DNA of 64,000 nucleotides, taken from assembly GCF_037042905.1 (NCBI RefSeq), contig NC_087245.1, positions 30,134,001 through 30,198,000 of the forward strand. The letters run 5' to 3'. The translations under genes were made by a program, and so were the position numbers. Shown here in pieces: positions 38,140 to 51,280 of this stretch (the stretch's first letter is position 1; each line of letters begins with the position of its first letter). Below the pieces are notes generated by a model. It was given only the letters and a program-made list of their open reading frames with translations, did no database searches and had not been told where the DNA came from. This DNA comes from Lytechinus pictus (lineage: Eukaryota).

Positions 38140-38926
38140 AAGAGTTCTGCGTCGGCGTCATAATGAAGAAACAAAAAAAGACTTAATAGAAACGCCGTGA
38201 GGAGACATAATCTTCCAAATTTTCGGTCATAGACCTTCTTCATCCCTTCTTCACGGCGTTTCAATTAAGTCTTTTTTGTTTAGATATATATATATATGTA
38301 TGTATCTATATTTATTTATTTATGCTTTTCTTAGTATATCTGTCATAATACTCCCAAGAAACACCTGAGAGTATGTAAAAGAATAGGAATAAATGAATAC
38401 GGATTTAACCAACAAAATTATCAGCCTTTTAAAAAGAGATGCTTACATCAATTTAGTACTATGACTTTGAAAATGGATTGAGAAAAATAATTGTGAAAAA
38501 AATAAAACATTTTCCAAAAGAATAATGCTTTATTGGGCAATTATTCACAAGAAATATTACCCGTATGCCCTCCCCCATCCGCTGTCTTCATTCTTAATTT
38601 TAGAAATAATGTATGCAGTTGTAGATGACAGGCCCATACTATTTGAAGGAGAATTATAATGAAAGTACCAAAGTTACAAAGACTCTAGACAAGTTCAAGA
38701 ATTTTGTCATAACCCTCCCCCCCCCCCCTTTGGGCGGGCCGTGTTTTAGCTTATACAGCGAATAACATTCAGCTGTGAACAAGTTTGCGCCATGTTCTCT
38801 CACGTATAGACTAAAACTAGATGCTAGTAAATTCAAGTTATTTGTTCAGACATCCCTCTACAGTAACTCGGTCATTGCATAAACGCACCAAACTACGGTC
38901 CTGCCACAGAATAATAGGACTGGTAC

Positions 38927-41813
38927 TATGGTGGCCCTGAAGGGACATCGCATATAGACCAAATCGCGAATATTCACGACGAAATTGGCGACGAAATTCA
39001 CGACGTCGCCAATTACGTCGTGAATTTCGTCGTCAATTTGAATATTCATGACGAAATTGGCGACGAAATTTACGACATCGTGAATTTCGTCGCCAATCTC
39101 GTCGCGAATTATTCACGACGAAATTCACGACGTCGCCAATTTCGTCGCCAATTTGAATATTCACGACGAAATTGGCGACGAAATTCACGACATCGTGAAT
39201 TTCGTCGCGAATTATTCACGACGAAATTCACGACGTCGTGAATTTCGTCGCCAATTTCGTCGTGAATTTGTTTTGCTTGCCTGGGCGGTATGCGGGTTGA
39301 AACCAATTTGTCTGCTGCTATAATTCCTCCACTCATGTACAACAGGGTCTACATTTATTAAGTCTATAGTGCAATTTTGTCCATTAACTTTTCGCCTAAC
39401 AACCATGGTCCAATAGCCATGTGGTCCAGTCATCACTTCGTCTAATCACCAGTTCGTCTATGACCATTTCGTCTCATAACTAGTTGGTCTAATATCAATT
39501 TTATTTTCCTTGATTTCGCCCAATTAACACTTAGCTCAATTAGACCAAATAGCATATGAAATAAGTGGCAATTGGGCCAACTTGGTTACTAGACGAAATG
39601 GCAGATAGACCATGTGGATAGTGGACGAAGTGATGGAAGACCAAATGATAGCAGACGAGTAGGCATTAGACCAATTGAAAATAAACCATTGAAACGACAG
39701 AACGATGTCCACTGCTATCCATATACATAGGCAAATCCAGGTGGAGGGGCCGAGGGGCCCGCCCCCCCCCCCCCCTATTTGCGGAGAAAAGGGAAGAAAG
39801 AAAGAAAGAAGGAAAAGAGAGTAGAAAAAATTAAGAGGAGCAGACGAGTGAATAAAGTAAGATGAGGGGAAGACATGGAAATAAAAAGAATCTTTCGTGT
39901 CACCTTAAAAAAAAATCGCTCGCGCTTCGCGTCATTGCCTGTTAGGTGATTTTCATATCTTGTTCAATATGGAGTTAAAATATTAAGTTTGGAAGTCAAT
40001 ATACAAAACATATTTCATCTCGAAAATCAAACTTTCGTTATTTTGCGTGATTTACAAATTGATTTTTTAAAAGTGCTCTGTAAATATGACAGTTTTATGG
40101 TCTAAATATTAACATTTTCCGTTTGCGCTGCGCGCTCACAAATTTAGATATATACGTACCTATATTATTTTCATGTATTCCATAAAGTTTTCAAAATATC
40201 CCTTTTCAGGGGGGTGTGAGAGGGAGAGAGAGAAAGAGAGAATTGGGGCGGGGGATCCTTCAGCTGCCTGACCTCATTCTAGTCCGATTTCTTTTCTTTT
40301 TTTGGCTTCTGTTCTCCTTTTCTTCAGGGCGGTCTTTTTGTTTCTATCTCGGCGCTTCCCTCTTGAAAACTTGTAGATGATTATAATCTTATATCTGCCT
40401 TTTTTATTTGTAATGTTTCATGATTTTTATGCTTTTTCATCATGCTAATAATCATTTGTAAATATTGTGATTGTTATGATTTATTTCAATAAAAACTTAA
40501 ATATAAAAAAAATATCCCTTTTCAGGTCTAATTGTCAAAACGTATACAATCCCCTTTTCATGACAATGTATACAAAGATTTAGGCTCGCAATTTGCGCTC
40601 GCATTAATTGTTAAAAATGTATTAACTGATGCATCCTATAACACTGTAGTCACAAACACTATACACACATGACTGCTCTCTCTGCTGGTCAAGAACAAGC
40701 GCTTTATTCATACATACGGAACATGTCGTACCACGCATTGTCCAGGGTATTATATAACTCTCTACACGGTGGTGAGGGGTAACCATGGGAACAGATTAGG
40801 TAGGGTAGGGGATGGAATGTGCTGATCCAGGGAAAAGTCAAATGATGACATGGAATGAATGGAAAGATTATATGCCAATGCATGGAGGCCTATACAAACA
40901 CAATAGGCTGGATCCGCCCCTAGCTGGAATACCAATATGCAATTCGAGCGCGAGCAAAAATTTGATATAGTGACATGAAAGATTATTTTTTTTATTTCCA
41001 TGTCTTCCCCTCATCTTATTTTTTTTCACTCGTCTTCCTCCTCTTCGTTTTTTTCCTTTCTTTTCCCTTTTTCATGTTTTTTTTGCTCCGCCAATAGGGG
41101 GGGGGGGGGCGGGCCCCTCGGCCGCCTCCCCCTGGATCCGCCTATGCATCTGGATAGCAGTAATAATAACCAAGTTGGTCCAATTGCCATTTATTCCATA
41201 TGCCATTTGGTCTAATTGAACTAAGTGTTAATAGGGCGAAATTAAGGAAAATAAAATTGATATTAACGAGACTAATTACTAGTTATGAGACGAAATGGTC
41301 ATAGACGAACTGGTGATTAGACGAAGTGATGACTGGACCATATGGTTGTTAGGCGAAACGTTAATAGACAGAATTGCATTAGACTAAATAAATGTAGACC
41401 CTGTTGTGAGTGGAAGAATTAGCAGCAGACGAATTGGTTTCAACCCGCATACCGCCCAGGCAAGCAAAACAAATTCACGACGAAATTGGCGACGAAATTC
41501 ACGACGTCGTGAATTTCGTCGTGAATAATTCGCGACGAAATTGGCGACAAAATTCACGATGTCGTGAATTTCGTCGCCAATTTCGTCGTGAATATTCAAA
41601 TTGGCGACGAAATTGGCGACGTCGTGAATTTCGTCGTGAATAATTCGCGACGAAATTCACGATGTCGTGAATTTCGTCGCCAATTTCGTCGTGAATATTT
41701 GAATTGACGACGAAATTCACGACGAAATTGGCGACGTCGTGAATTTCGTCGCCAATTTCGTCGTGAATATTCGTAATTTGGTCTATATGCGATGTCCCTT
41801 CAGGGCCACCATA
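38927..41813. mobile_element. IS3EU-like non-autonomous foldback element
   Basis: TIR TATGGTGGCCCTGAAGGGACATCGCATATAGACCAAAT at both ends. 6-bp TSD TGGTAC (38921-38926, 41814-41819). Subterminal GACGAAATT minisatellites. Confidence 0.8.
40211..40508 (+). mobile_element. Short retroposed insertion (5'-truncated LINE 3' end or retrocopy)
   Basis: 18-bp TSD AAAATATCCCTTTTCAGG (40193-40210, 40509-40526). AATAAA plus A-rich tail. Confidence 0.8.
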
Positions 41814-41897
41814 TGGTACATGGTGTGTTTACTATATGCAATGAGTGAAAGGGTTTTCCAAATAACTTCTAACGTCTAGATCTAGATCAGTACATAC

Positions 41898-42113
41898 CGT
41901 GTGTGAAGTCAAAACACTGTATGCTGAGCTCAATAGCAAATCCACGGTGATGAAAGATTTCGGATGAGGTGGACAGTTCTAGCCATAATACCGCCTGATT
42001 AGTGTATACATAAGGATGACTATATTTGCGAAATGACGCCATGACAGGAGTCTGGGTTGGTGCGACTCGGAAATTCAATTTAGCTCTGGAATCATGTGTG
42101 TCGTAGAAAAAAT
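41898..42113 (-). CDS. Internal coding exon, C-terminal part of a CUB-like domain
   Basis: Acceptor ttttaaacag|AT TTT TTC and donor ACA CAC G|gtatgt. 216 bp, phase 1-1. Peptide ...VYTNQAVLWLELSTSSEIFHHRGFAIELSIQCFDFTH matches the CUB C-terminal pattern. Confidence 0.85.
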
Positions 42114-42399
42114 CTGTTTAAAAAGAAAACAACTGTTACTCTAAATCAGGGGCGGCACTAATATATGCACCAAAAAGGGCATTTTTGTGCAAACTGATAT
42201 TTTCACCATAAGATTATCATCTGTGTGAAGAAGTTGTGAATTATAGTAATTATATTGAGCAAAGTTTTTTTAAGTGATTTATTTTATTGATAAAATATAT
42301 ATTAGGGTTTTTTTTCGCGAGCAAGCGCTTTGGAAAATTTTCAAATCTGAAGTCATAAAACTCGCTTTTTGGTCAATTATGGAAATATAAAAAACAAAA

Positions 42400-42570
42400 A
42401 TGATGATCCAGCTGAATTAGACCGTAACCCATTAAATGATTATTTTATTAATGTAGGCAAAAATTTTAATTACAAAGAAAAACATGTTTACTGGAACCAA
42501 CCACAGTGTATGTATGAATTCGATTTTGAGCATGCTAAACCTGATGAACTGTTAAAACTGTTAAAGTGTC
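42400..42570 (+). pseudogene. Small LINE ORF2 fragment
   Basis: LNDYFINVGKN...FDFEHAKPDELLKLLKCL resembles the pre-RT region of CR1/L2-type ORF2. Confidence 0.5.
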
Positions 42571-42599
42571 TCCGCGCCTTCATGGGTTTTTCCAGGTCC

Positions 42600-42916
42600 G
42601 TGAAGTTAGTTACTTATTCCTTATTCCTTATTCAAAATGTGAAGTTAGTTACTTATTCCTTATTGCTTATTCAAAATGTGAAGTTAGTTACTTATTCCTT
42701 ATTCCTTATTCAAAATGTGGAGTTATTTACTTGTTACTTATTCAAAATACGTAGCTACTTATTCGAAATACGTAGTTACTTATTCGAAATACGTAGTTAC
42801 TCGAAAAATGTATTTTACTTTGTTTATGATACCAATATGATATAGGTAGTTACTTATTCGAAATACGTAGTTACTTATTTGAATTACGTAGTTACTTATT
42901 TGAGATACGTAGTTAC
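42600..42916 (+). repeat. 21-bp minisatellite (TTATTCGAAATACGTAGTTAC) and related units; continues at 54892-54930 and 58826-59180
   Basis: Directly visible tandem units, split by two large insertions. Confidence 0.9.
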
Positions 42917-45900
42917 CCCTGATAGCAGACATGGTCGTAATCACGTGATAATCACGTCGTTTTTTCGTCATAGTGGTCGTAGACATAGATATTACGTCTT
43001 TATGACGTTATTATGACCAATTTCGACGACGAGTTTTATCTCGCATTTTTATATGACCAAATTATGACGTAATTATGACGTCATTAATTGACCAGTCAAT
43101 GACGAGTAAATTTACCGTTTTGCATGACCAGAATATGACGTGATTATGACGTCATTTATTGACAAATCAACGACGAGTTAATTTACAATTTTATATGACC
43201 AGATTATGACGTGATTATGACGTCATTAATTGACCAGTCAATGACGTGTAAATTTACAATTTTTCATGACCAGAAAATGACGTGATTATGACGTCATTCT
43301 ATTGACAAATCAACGACGAGTTAATGTACAATTTTATATGACCAGATAATGACATGATTATGACGTCATGATCAACCATTCAATGACGAGTATATTTACA
43401 ATTTTCCATGACCAGAATATGACGTGATTATGACGTCATTTATTGACAAATCAACGACGAGTATATTTACAATCTTATATGACAGATGATGACGTCATAA
43501 TGACAGCATTTATACATACAACACATACGTTTTCAAAATGTTCCCTAAATGTTTTCTTTATTAGCCTATATAGGTTCTTTAGGTCCACCTAGGATTTTCC
43601 ACAGGGGGGGGGGGGGGGGGCAAAACCGTGAGCCAAAAAATTTAACAAGCAAAAAAAAAAAGAAAAAAAAGGTCTTTAATCCCATAGCCCTAAAGGATTT
43701 CGTACCAGAAAAAAATTGACAAGCAAAAAAAAAAAGAAAAAAAAGGTCTTTAATCCCATAGCCCTAAAGGATTTCGTACCAGAAAAAGACTGACAAGCAA
43801 AAAAAAAAAGGTCTTCAAGCTCGTCAGGGGGGCACGTCTTCAAGCTCGTCAGGGGGGCAAAAATGTTTTTCAAGCTCGTCAAGGGGGGCAGGGATACGTC
43901 CTTTGCATAGGTTCTGCCTCGTCCAGGGGGGGGGCAGAGTGCCTCCCTGTCCCCCCCCCCCACCGTACGCTAATGTGTACGTCTTTGTTTAGAAAACTGA
44001 CAATTGACACTTCAACCAAAACATGTTTCGAGTGAATTAAGACTGCAGTCGCCAAGTCAACGTCAGCGTGCACACATGTGATTCGTGTATTTGAAAATGC
44101 AACCGTTACATAGAAAGTGCTGGAACGTGCGACGTCCGTAATCCTTGCTCTCCACGTATGTTCATCACCCATAGGCTATGTATCAACCCAGCGGAGTTCG
44201 CCATTAAAGGCCTTTGCACAGTTTCAACGTTGGTGTCGTGATACTTTTCAATAAAGAAAATGTGTGTCGTACCATGACAACATGTATTGTTGCTGGAATT
44301 TCCAGGGATTTAAAGTGGATATGGTGTGATCAAACTATGAAAATTTATAATCCATTATATCAATGGTCATATCATGACTTTAGTTAAGAATATCGTGCGC
44401 AAATAAAGGCAGATCAGCATAATTTCATATCATTGTCTAATACGTAATAGATGGAGTGTGGGAGACGGTTTTTTTTTAATGTGTAAGCTAAATAAATAGT
44501 CAGTGGATCTTGGGGCTATATTGCAATTGAAATCACGCACGTCAAGTGGCGTAATTCATCTGATCGGGGGGGGGGGGGGTGTGAGAGCAATAATTATGTT
44601 GAGTTAAAAAAAATGGCCCCCCCCCCCCAGAGCTGTTAGTAGACGGGGATATACAAAACGTGTGTGAAGGGATGGGGGTCAAAGCAATATATTGAGCTGA
44701 ATATTCAACAATAATATTCAAGGGTAACTCATCCCCCCCCTTCAAGAGCTATCAGTAGACAGGGGCGGATCCAGCCTTTGCCAATATGGGGGGGGGGAGC
44801 CGAATTTTTTTAGCCACATTTTCCCGATCGGCCACTCGAAGTTGATTTTTGTTTGAAATGAAATACTAAAATATTAAATTAAGAGGAAAGGAATTAAGAC
44901 AAAGTAATTTTACAGCTACAACTATGATTCATTTGCGAAAAAGGGTATTTCTTTTTTATTTTAAGACCGCTCGGGGGACATTCATAATAGTTTTTAGTCA
45001 AAAAATAAATTGTGTCGGGAACTCGTTGGCTGCAGTAAATAACTATTGTTTCTAAAAATGGATAACCATGAGAAACAAATAATCATATCCATCTTTAGTC
45101 GAAGTGCCAGGAATGAGCTCTTTGGCAAGCTCTTTGGTGTAAAAACCGCTTGCGAACCAATTCTGCACATTGAAAAATAAACGCTGACTAAGCAAAAGAA
45201 AATTATAAACTGATTGATTGAAATTGCCGTTGCATACGATGACATGTTCAAATAAAATTGGAATCATGCAGTATTTTGTTTGTTATACACAAAGAAAACT
45301 CAGACCATGACACCCGTCATGATTTTTGTATCCAATATGATTCTATAACATATATTTACATCAGGACAATTTATATAATATATATAGACACACATAATAG
45401 AAATTGTAATAGATATGCGCTATGCTAAACAGTCAATGTGAGTATATGCAATCTTGACCTAAATTTGCCTTTTGGTGATTCAGGAAAGAAATAATAATTC
45501 TAGAAAATGAAATCATTTATGTGTTAGGTATATTCCGAACATTTTCCAAAATCGTTAAACCATTAATTTCACAGATTAAGTGTCAAAATTAAGTATTAAA
45601 GTGCGAAGTGGTCATTACAAGGGGAAAAGGTAGGTGGAAAATACCACCTTACACCAGTATGGGACTAGATATCCGTCCCCGCAGACACGGCGATCAGCCC
45701 GTGTGCGCACGCTAAAATTTATCATTCTGCGGCTCGCGTGCTAGGAATGAACTTGATTTTTCTCTCAATTACGAAACTCATCGTGGAAAAGGTTATCCAA
45801 CATGCAATGATATACTCGTAAAATTTTTCGTCATGTATCATTTACACACAGATAATAGAATATAACCCTTCTTTTGGAGAACTATTAGTAAGTTGTTCGA

Positions 45901-46859
45901 ATCTAACGATTTTCTTTTAAAAATATAACAACAATTTACCTGATTTCAAATGCCTGCCATTTCTTAAAAAAACTAGAATCAATAAGCCACCACCGTTATC
46001 AGTTGTGAAAAATTCTAGGAAACGTACTAAGATGCTTTTGCAAATACCGTAATTAAAATTTAAGGGGATATGAAAATAAGGATTTTGCAATGCTATATCA
46101 AATTTCTGTTATATTTTCATCAATTTTGGGATTGCATCGAAATGACTGATAATTCAAAGTCTTACCCACACTTGCTTGTAAATTCGGTATATGTTGGTAC
46201 ACTGATAGTCAATGTAAATGATAAACATTCATAGCCTCACTAAAATTCAACAAATCCTTTGTTTTTAGAATTTTAATGTCGCAGACATCTTGGAGAGTGA
46301 GCAAAGTGATGCTAACAAACGTCGAAAAGGTCTTTCAATGGCGCGCTCCACTGAGTTGAGGCCGTGAACATACGTGTCTCAATTGACTGCCCTTTTTTGA
46401 CATGTGAAGACACCTCAGGGTAAGCATTTACATGTACACTATAATCATCATCAATTAAGTAAAGAATCCATGTCTAAATTAGCTAGAGTATCAGTAGAAA
46501 TTTAGAATAACCGATCACTGATGAAGTTATTTCAACCTGCGGTGTTGTCCGTGCCGGCGTACGGTAGGATACGGAACGGTACGTGAAGTTGAACCCGAAA
46601 GTTGTGGCGCTGACAACGGCTCTCGAACCATGGCGTTGGCCGTTTGGACTTTGAAAACGTTTTCTTTGCTTTCAACTTCAAAACCAAACATCAAACGTTA
46701 AAATGTATTCGTATGACTTCTTGGATTTGATCTGAAAAAATGTTTTCTATTATTTTAGACCCTATTTTTTAATTTGTATGGTGTGGACGTGGTCAGTCAA
46801 TCTGACAATGACATGGGGTGGTGTTCTGCGCAGTGCCCTTTCCTTGCCTTTGTTTGGCT

Positions 46860-48645
46860 TGGCCTACCTTCAATTTAAGTGATGTTCGTGCTGGCTCCAC
46901 TTCACCACCATTACACTACGCTCCACCTACCTGAACCTCAAGTCGGTGAACTTGTTCGGATACTCCGAGTGTCAAAGGGGGAAAAAAATGCACATTTATT
47001 GTAAAATTATCCCCCCAAAATCAACAATAAAAATTAATAGCTTAATTTCTTACTCTTATTCTTAGAGCCACGGTGGGGGGGGGGGGGGGGGGGTTACTCA
47101 GTACAATGTGTGGTGGGTATGTGCCGCAGTGGGACCCCCTTTTTACACTCAAATTTCCGTTCCAAGGCATAGCATTTTTGAAGAATATTGAGAAGAAGAA
47201 CAAAGAAAGCTGCTCCAAAGCATAGCATTTTCTTCTTATCGAGAAAAAAGAAAGAAATCCGCTCCAAAGCTTCACATATTATACAAATAATGCATGCAGC
47301 CGAGTGCGTTAGTGGAAATGCAGAGCACGTACGCGAGGTTTCTTTAGATAGGAGTCGCACTGTGCACAAGCCGCTTGCGGCGAGTGCCCAGTGTGCTCCA
47401 TCTGAAGAAACTGAGCTTTCTCTGCATTTACGTTTATGCACGACAGAGCAAGTGCATTATTTGTTTTATAAAATAGCAACACAAACAATTTTTCAAGAAG
47501 TTACAGTACAGTTTTGTTGGACTTCTACCGCACTGGTTTGCTCGAGCGTGCAATGTCAATTTTCGTTGCACACCTTTTGCACTAACGTGCATTGCACTAA
47601 AAAAGTTGGATGTCATGTGACGCGTATTGACCAATCGCGATGCTTGAAATAATTTTGTTACGCCCACATTGATCTGCTAAAATGAACCGCAATTTGGTGA
47701 AAGGAGACTAGAGTGCTGTCCGAGCATCGCTTCTGCGCTAGCGCGGCCTCCGTCGGGTGTGCTCGCGCAGAGGCGATGGTCTGACAGCGCTCTGCGGCCG
47801 CTTTTCACCAAAATTGCAGCTCATTGTAGCAGATCAATGCGACCGGAATGGCATAACGAAAAATATGCGAAGCCTTGGAGCGGATTTCTTTCGTTTTTCT
47901 CGATAAGAAGAAAATACTATGCCTTGGAGCGGCTTTCTTTGTTTTTCTTAATAAGACAAAAATTCTATGCCTTGGAACGGAAATTTGAGTGTAAAAATGG
48001 GGGTCGCCTCTGCGGCACATACCCACTACGCATTATATACTGAGTGCCCCCCCCTCCCCCCCCCCCCGGCCCCCTGGGCTCTACACACTTATTTTACTGC
48101 ATATCCATCCTCTGGTTATCTTCAATATTGGTAATTTAGAGCCAGTATCTAATTCCTCACACATACTCACCGCCGATTTCAAAACATCGCATGCGAGGGT
48201 TGCACAGTCACAGGTAAAACAGCATTAATATTTACATGTATTATATTGGATTGCTCTGAATGGAATACCAGAAATATTCCAAGAGTTTGGGAAAATATTC
48301 CACGAATCTGTGGAATATTTTGACTTGCGACCCTCGCATGTAGTGTTTTTTATCGGGCGTTAATAATATGTGTGAGGAATTAGATAATGGTTCTAAATCA
48401 CCAATTTTGAGGATAATCGGAGGATTGGTATGGAGTGAAATAAGGGTGTAGAGTAAGAAATTTAGCTTTTATTTATTATAGATGTCTTTTGGGGGATATT
48501 TTTTACAATGAATATGCATTTTTTTCCCACCTTTGCCACTCGGAGTATCCAAACAAGTTCACAGACTTGACGTTCGGGTAGGTGGAGCGAAGTGTAGCAA
48601 AAGTGAAGAGGAGAAAAGCCTTCTCGACCATCACTTGAGGTAGGC
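46860..48645. mobile_element. Nested foldback elements
   Basis: Outer arms ~46860-47065 vs ~48440-48645. Inner poly-G/poly-C-ended element ~47075-48070 with arms ACTCAGT...GGGTATGTGCCGC / GCGGCACATACCC...ACTGAGT. Confidence 0.7.
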
Positions 48646-49699
48646 TTGGCGTCGCTTATTTTCCGTTACACCGTTCCGGTCGCATTGATCTGCTACGATG
48701 AGCCGCAATTGTGGTAAAAAGCGGCCGGAGAGCGCTGTCCGACCATCGTCTCTGCGCTGGCGCAGCCAGCTAGCTGCATGCACGTATGCTTATTCCATTG
48801 GGATGCACACGCCGGGCACACGCAGGCAACCCGTTCCAAGGACCCCCGTTTTCACAAACATTTGTAGTTCCGAGGACCCTCCTTTTTACATTAAGCCCAC
48901 TTTTTGGGTCGAGTGCTCCCCCCCCCCCCCGGGTCACACTACAGTCACGAAGATTGTGCATTTGCCATTGAAATTGCATGTGCAATGAGTGGTGCGTACA
49001 CGAAGCTTTAGGACATATTTCCCTCAATATCTAAATAAATTATCATTTGAATTTCAGTGACATCATCTTGGGCATTGGAAACAACTCTACGCCCCACATT
49101 TAATTCAGCGTCGATCCCGATTTCGTCGATACAGACTAAAGGTGGACTGATGGAACAAAAGTAATGCAAATATGCTGTTTTGTGTAGTGGTGAGTACAGT
49201 TATCGCTTTTGGAAGGGATTTTTTTACATTAACATGAGCTCCATGTTTGATTCAGTTTATTTGCTCCAAAGTTGAAATGAGAAAAAAGGAAAGTTATGTA
49301 TCAAGACAGTAATACTCCAACAATATTCCTGTAGATTAACCCTAAATTTCCTGGGGTATTGTGATTCTTGTCATTCCGGGGGGGGGGGGGGGGGGCATAA
49401 GGCCCCCCTTAGATCTCAGCCGCAGATTGAGCGAAAATTTGTATGATGGTAGAGAGTGATGTAACCTACACAGTTGCATTGGTAAATTTCATTGAATTCA
49501 ATATGAATTAGTTATGCTAATTTATTCATGAAATCATACTTTTTGCTCTGATTCACTAAATAAAGCCCACAGAATGCTATTTTTTGGTGAAATATTCTTT
49601 ATATCATTCCAAACAATTGTGAATGAAAAAAATTCTTGTGCCAAGCTCGATTTCTTTATGTATTCTTTATGTATTTATATTTTTTTAAAAATACAACAG

Positions 49700-51280
49700 C
49701 CAATCACGATCGTGTTACCATTTTCTGTTTATGATGAACTGAAAATGGTAACAAGAACGTGATTTGCTGGCGCTTCGTATGCTCCGAAACCCGGAAATCA
49801 ATTTACTTTGTTCACGTAGCGATAGATTCTACAAACTCGCGAACACGATGTAATATCGACGCTACTTCGTAAGATTTTGACGGAAAAGCAAGAAGTAATA
49901 AAAATATGCTTACCTGTGCGGTATCGGTGAGAAAACAGATCCTCTGAGAATACCTTTTATAATTCATATGAAATATAGAAAAGTGGAATTCTAGGTCGAT
50001 TTTGGTACGAGATGACAGAGTATTGCAGACTTGTTTCGATTGAATACTGCGTGGGGCACGGGAGGCTTGCAATGCGCATGCTTACTATATTTTCATTCAT
50101 AAATTGGCTTGCGTCGCAGTGGCTGGATGACGTCACTGCGCTGCAAAAGAAACATGGCGACGATTGAACGATCTCAGTCACATTATCATCACATGAAAAA
50201 CTAGTATATTTATGGACATTTCGAGGGTAATTGGTGAGATTCATAATGAGAAATGTGTACTTTTGTGATGAGTTACAATCATCTCTTACACTACGCAATA
50301 CAAATCAAATACATGTACGTTATACTGGTGAGCAATTTTCGGGTATCGGATATTTTGCTACCCAAGTACCTGTGGCTTCCGGGCGGGACCCGGGTACCCG
50401 GGTTTTAGTCCCGGTCCTCATAAATATACTAGTTTTTCAAGTGATGATGATGTGACTGAGATTGTTCAATCGTCGCCATGTTTCTTTTGCAGTGCAGTGA
50501 CGTCATCCAGCCACTGCGACGCTAGCCAATTTATGAATGAAAATATAGTAAGCATGCGCATTGCAAGCCTCAGCCCCACGCAGTATTCCATCGAAACAAG
50601 TCTGCAATACTCTTGTCACCTGTACCAAAATCGACCTAGAATTCCACTTTCCTTTTATATTTCATATGAATTATAAAAGGTATTCTTAGAGAATCTGTTT
50701 TCTCACAGATACCACGCAGGTAAGCAACTTTTATTGCTTCTTGCTTTTCCGTCAAAATCTTACGAAGCAGCGTCGATATTGCATCGTGTTTGTGAGTTTG
50801 TAGAATCCATCGCTACGTGAACAAAGTCAATTGATTTCCGGGTTTCGGAGCACACAAAGCGCCAGCCAATCACGTTCTTGTTACCATTTTCAGTTCATCA
50901 TAAACCGAAAGTGGAAACACGATCATGATTGTCTGGCGCATTTGACGCTCCGAAACCCGGAAATCAATTGACTTTGTTCATGTAGCGATAGATTCTACAA
51001 ACTCACGAACACGATGTAATATCGACGCTACTTCGTAAGATTTTTACGGAAAAGCAAGAAGTAATAAAAATTTGCTTACCTGTGCGGTATCGGTAAGATA
51101 ACAGATCCTCTGAAAAAACCTTTTATAATTCATATGAAATATAGAAAAGTGGAATTCTAGGTCAATTTTGGTACAAGGTGACAGAGTATTGCAGACAGCT
51201 TGTTTCGATGGAATACTGCATGGGGCACGGGAGGCTTGCAATGCGCATGCTTACTATATTTTCATTCATTCGAATTGGCT
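49700..51280. repeat. ~500-bp unit present as an inverted pair plus a third partial copy
   Basis: ~49715-50210 is the reverse complement of ~50425-50930, and ~50935-51270 repeats ~49780-50100. The ORF track shows near-identical peptides on opposite strands. Confidence 0.85.

Noticed and set aside
39020..39436. Arg-rich ORFs (also 41384-41720)
   Set aside because: Translations of the GACGAAATT subterminal minisatellite.
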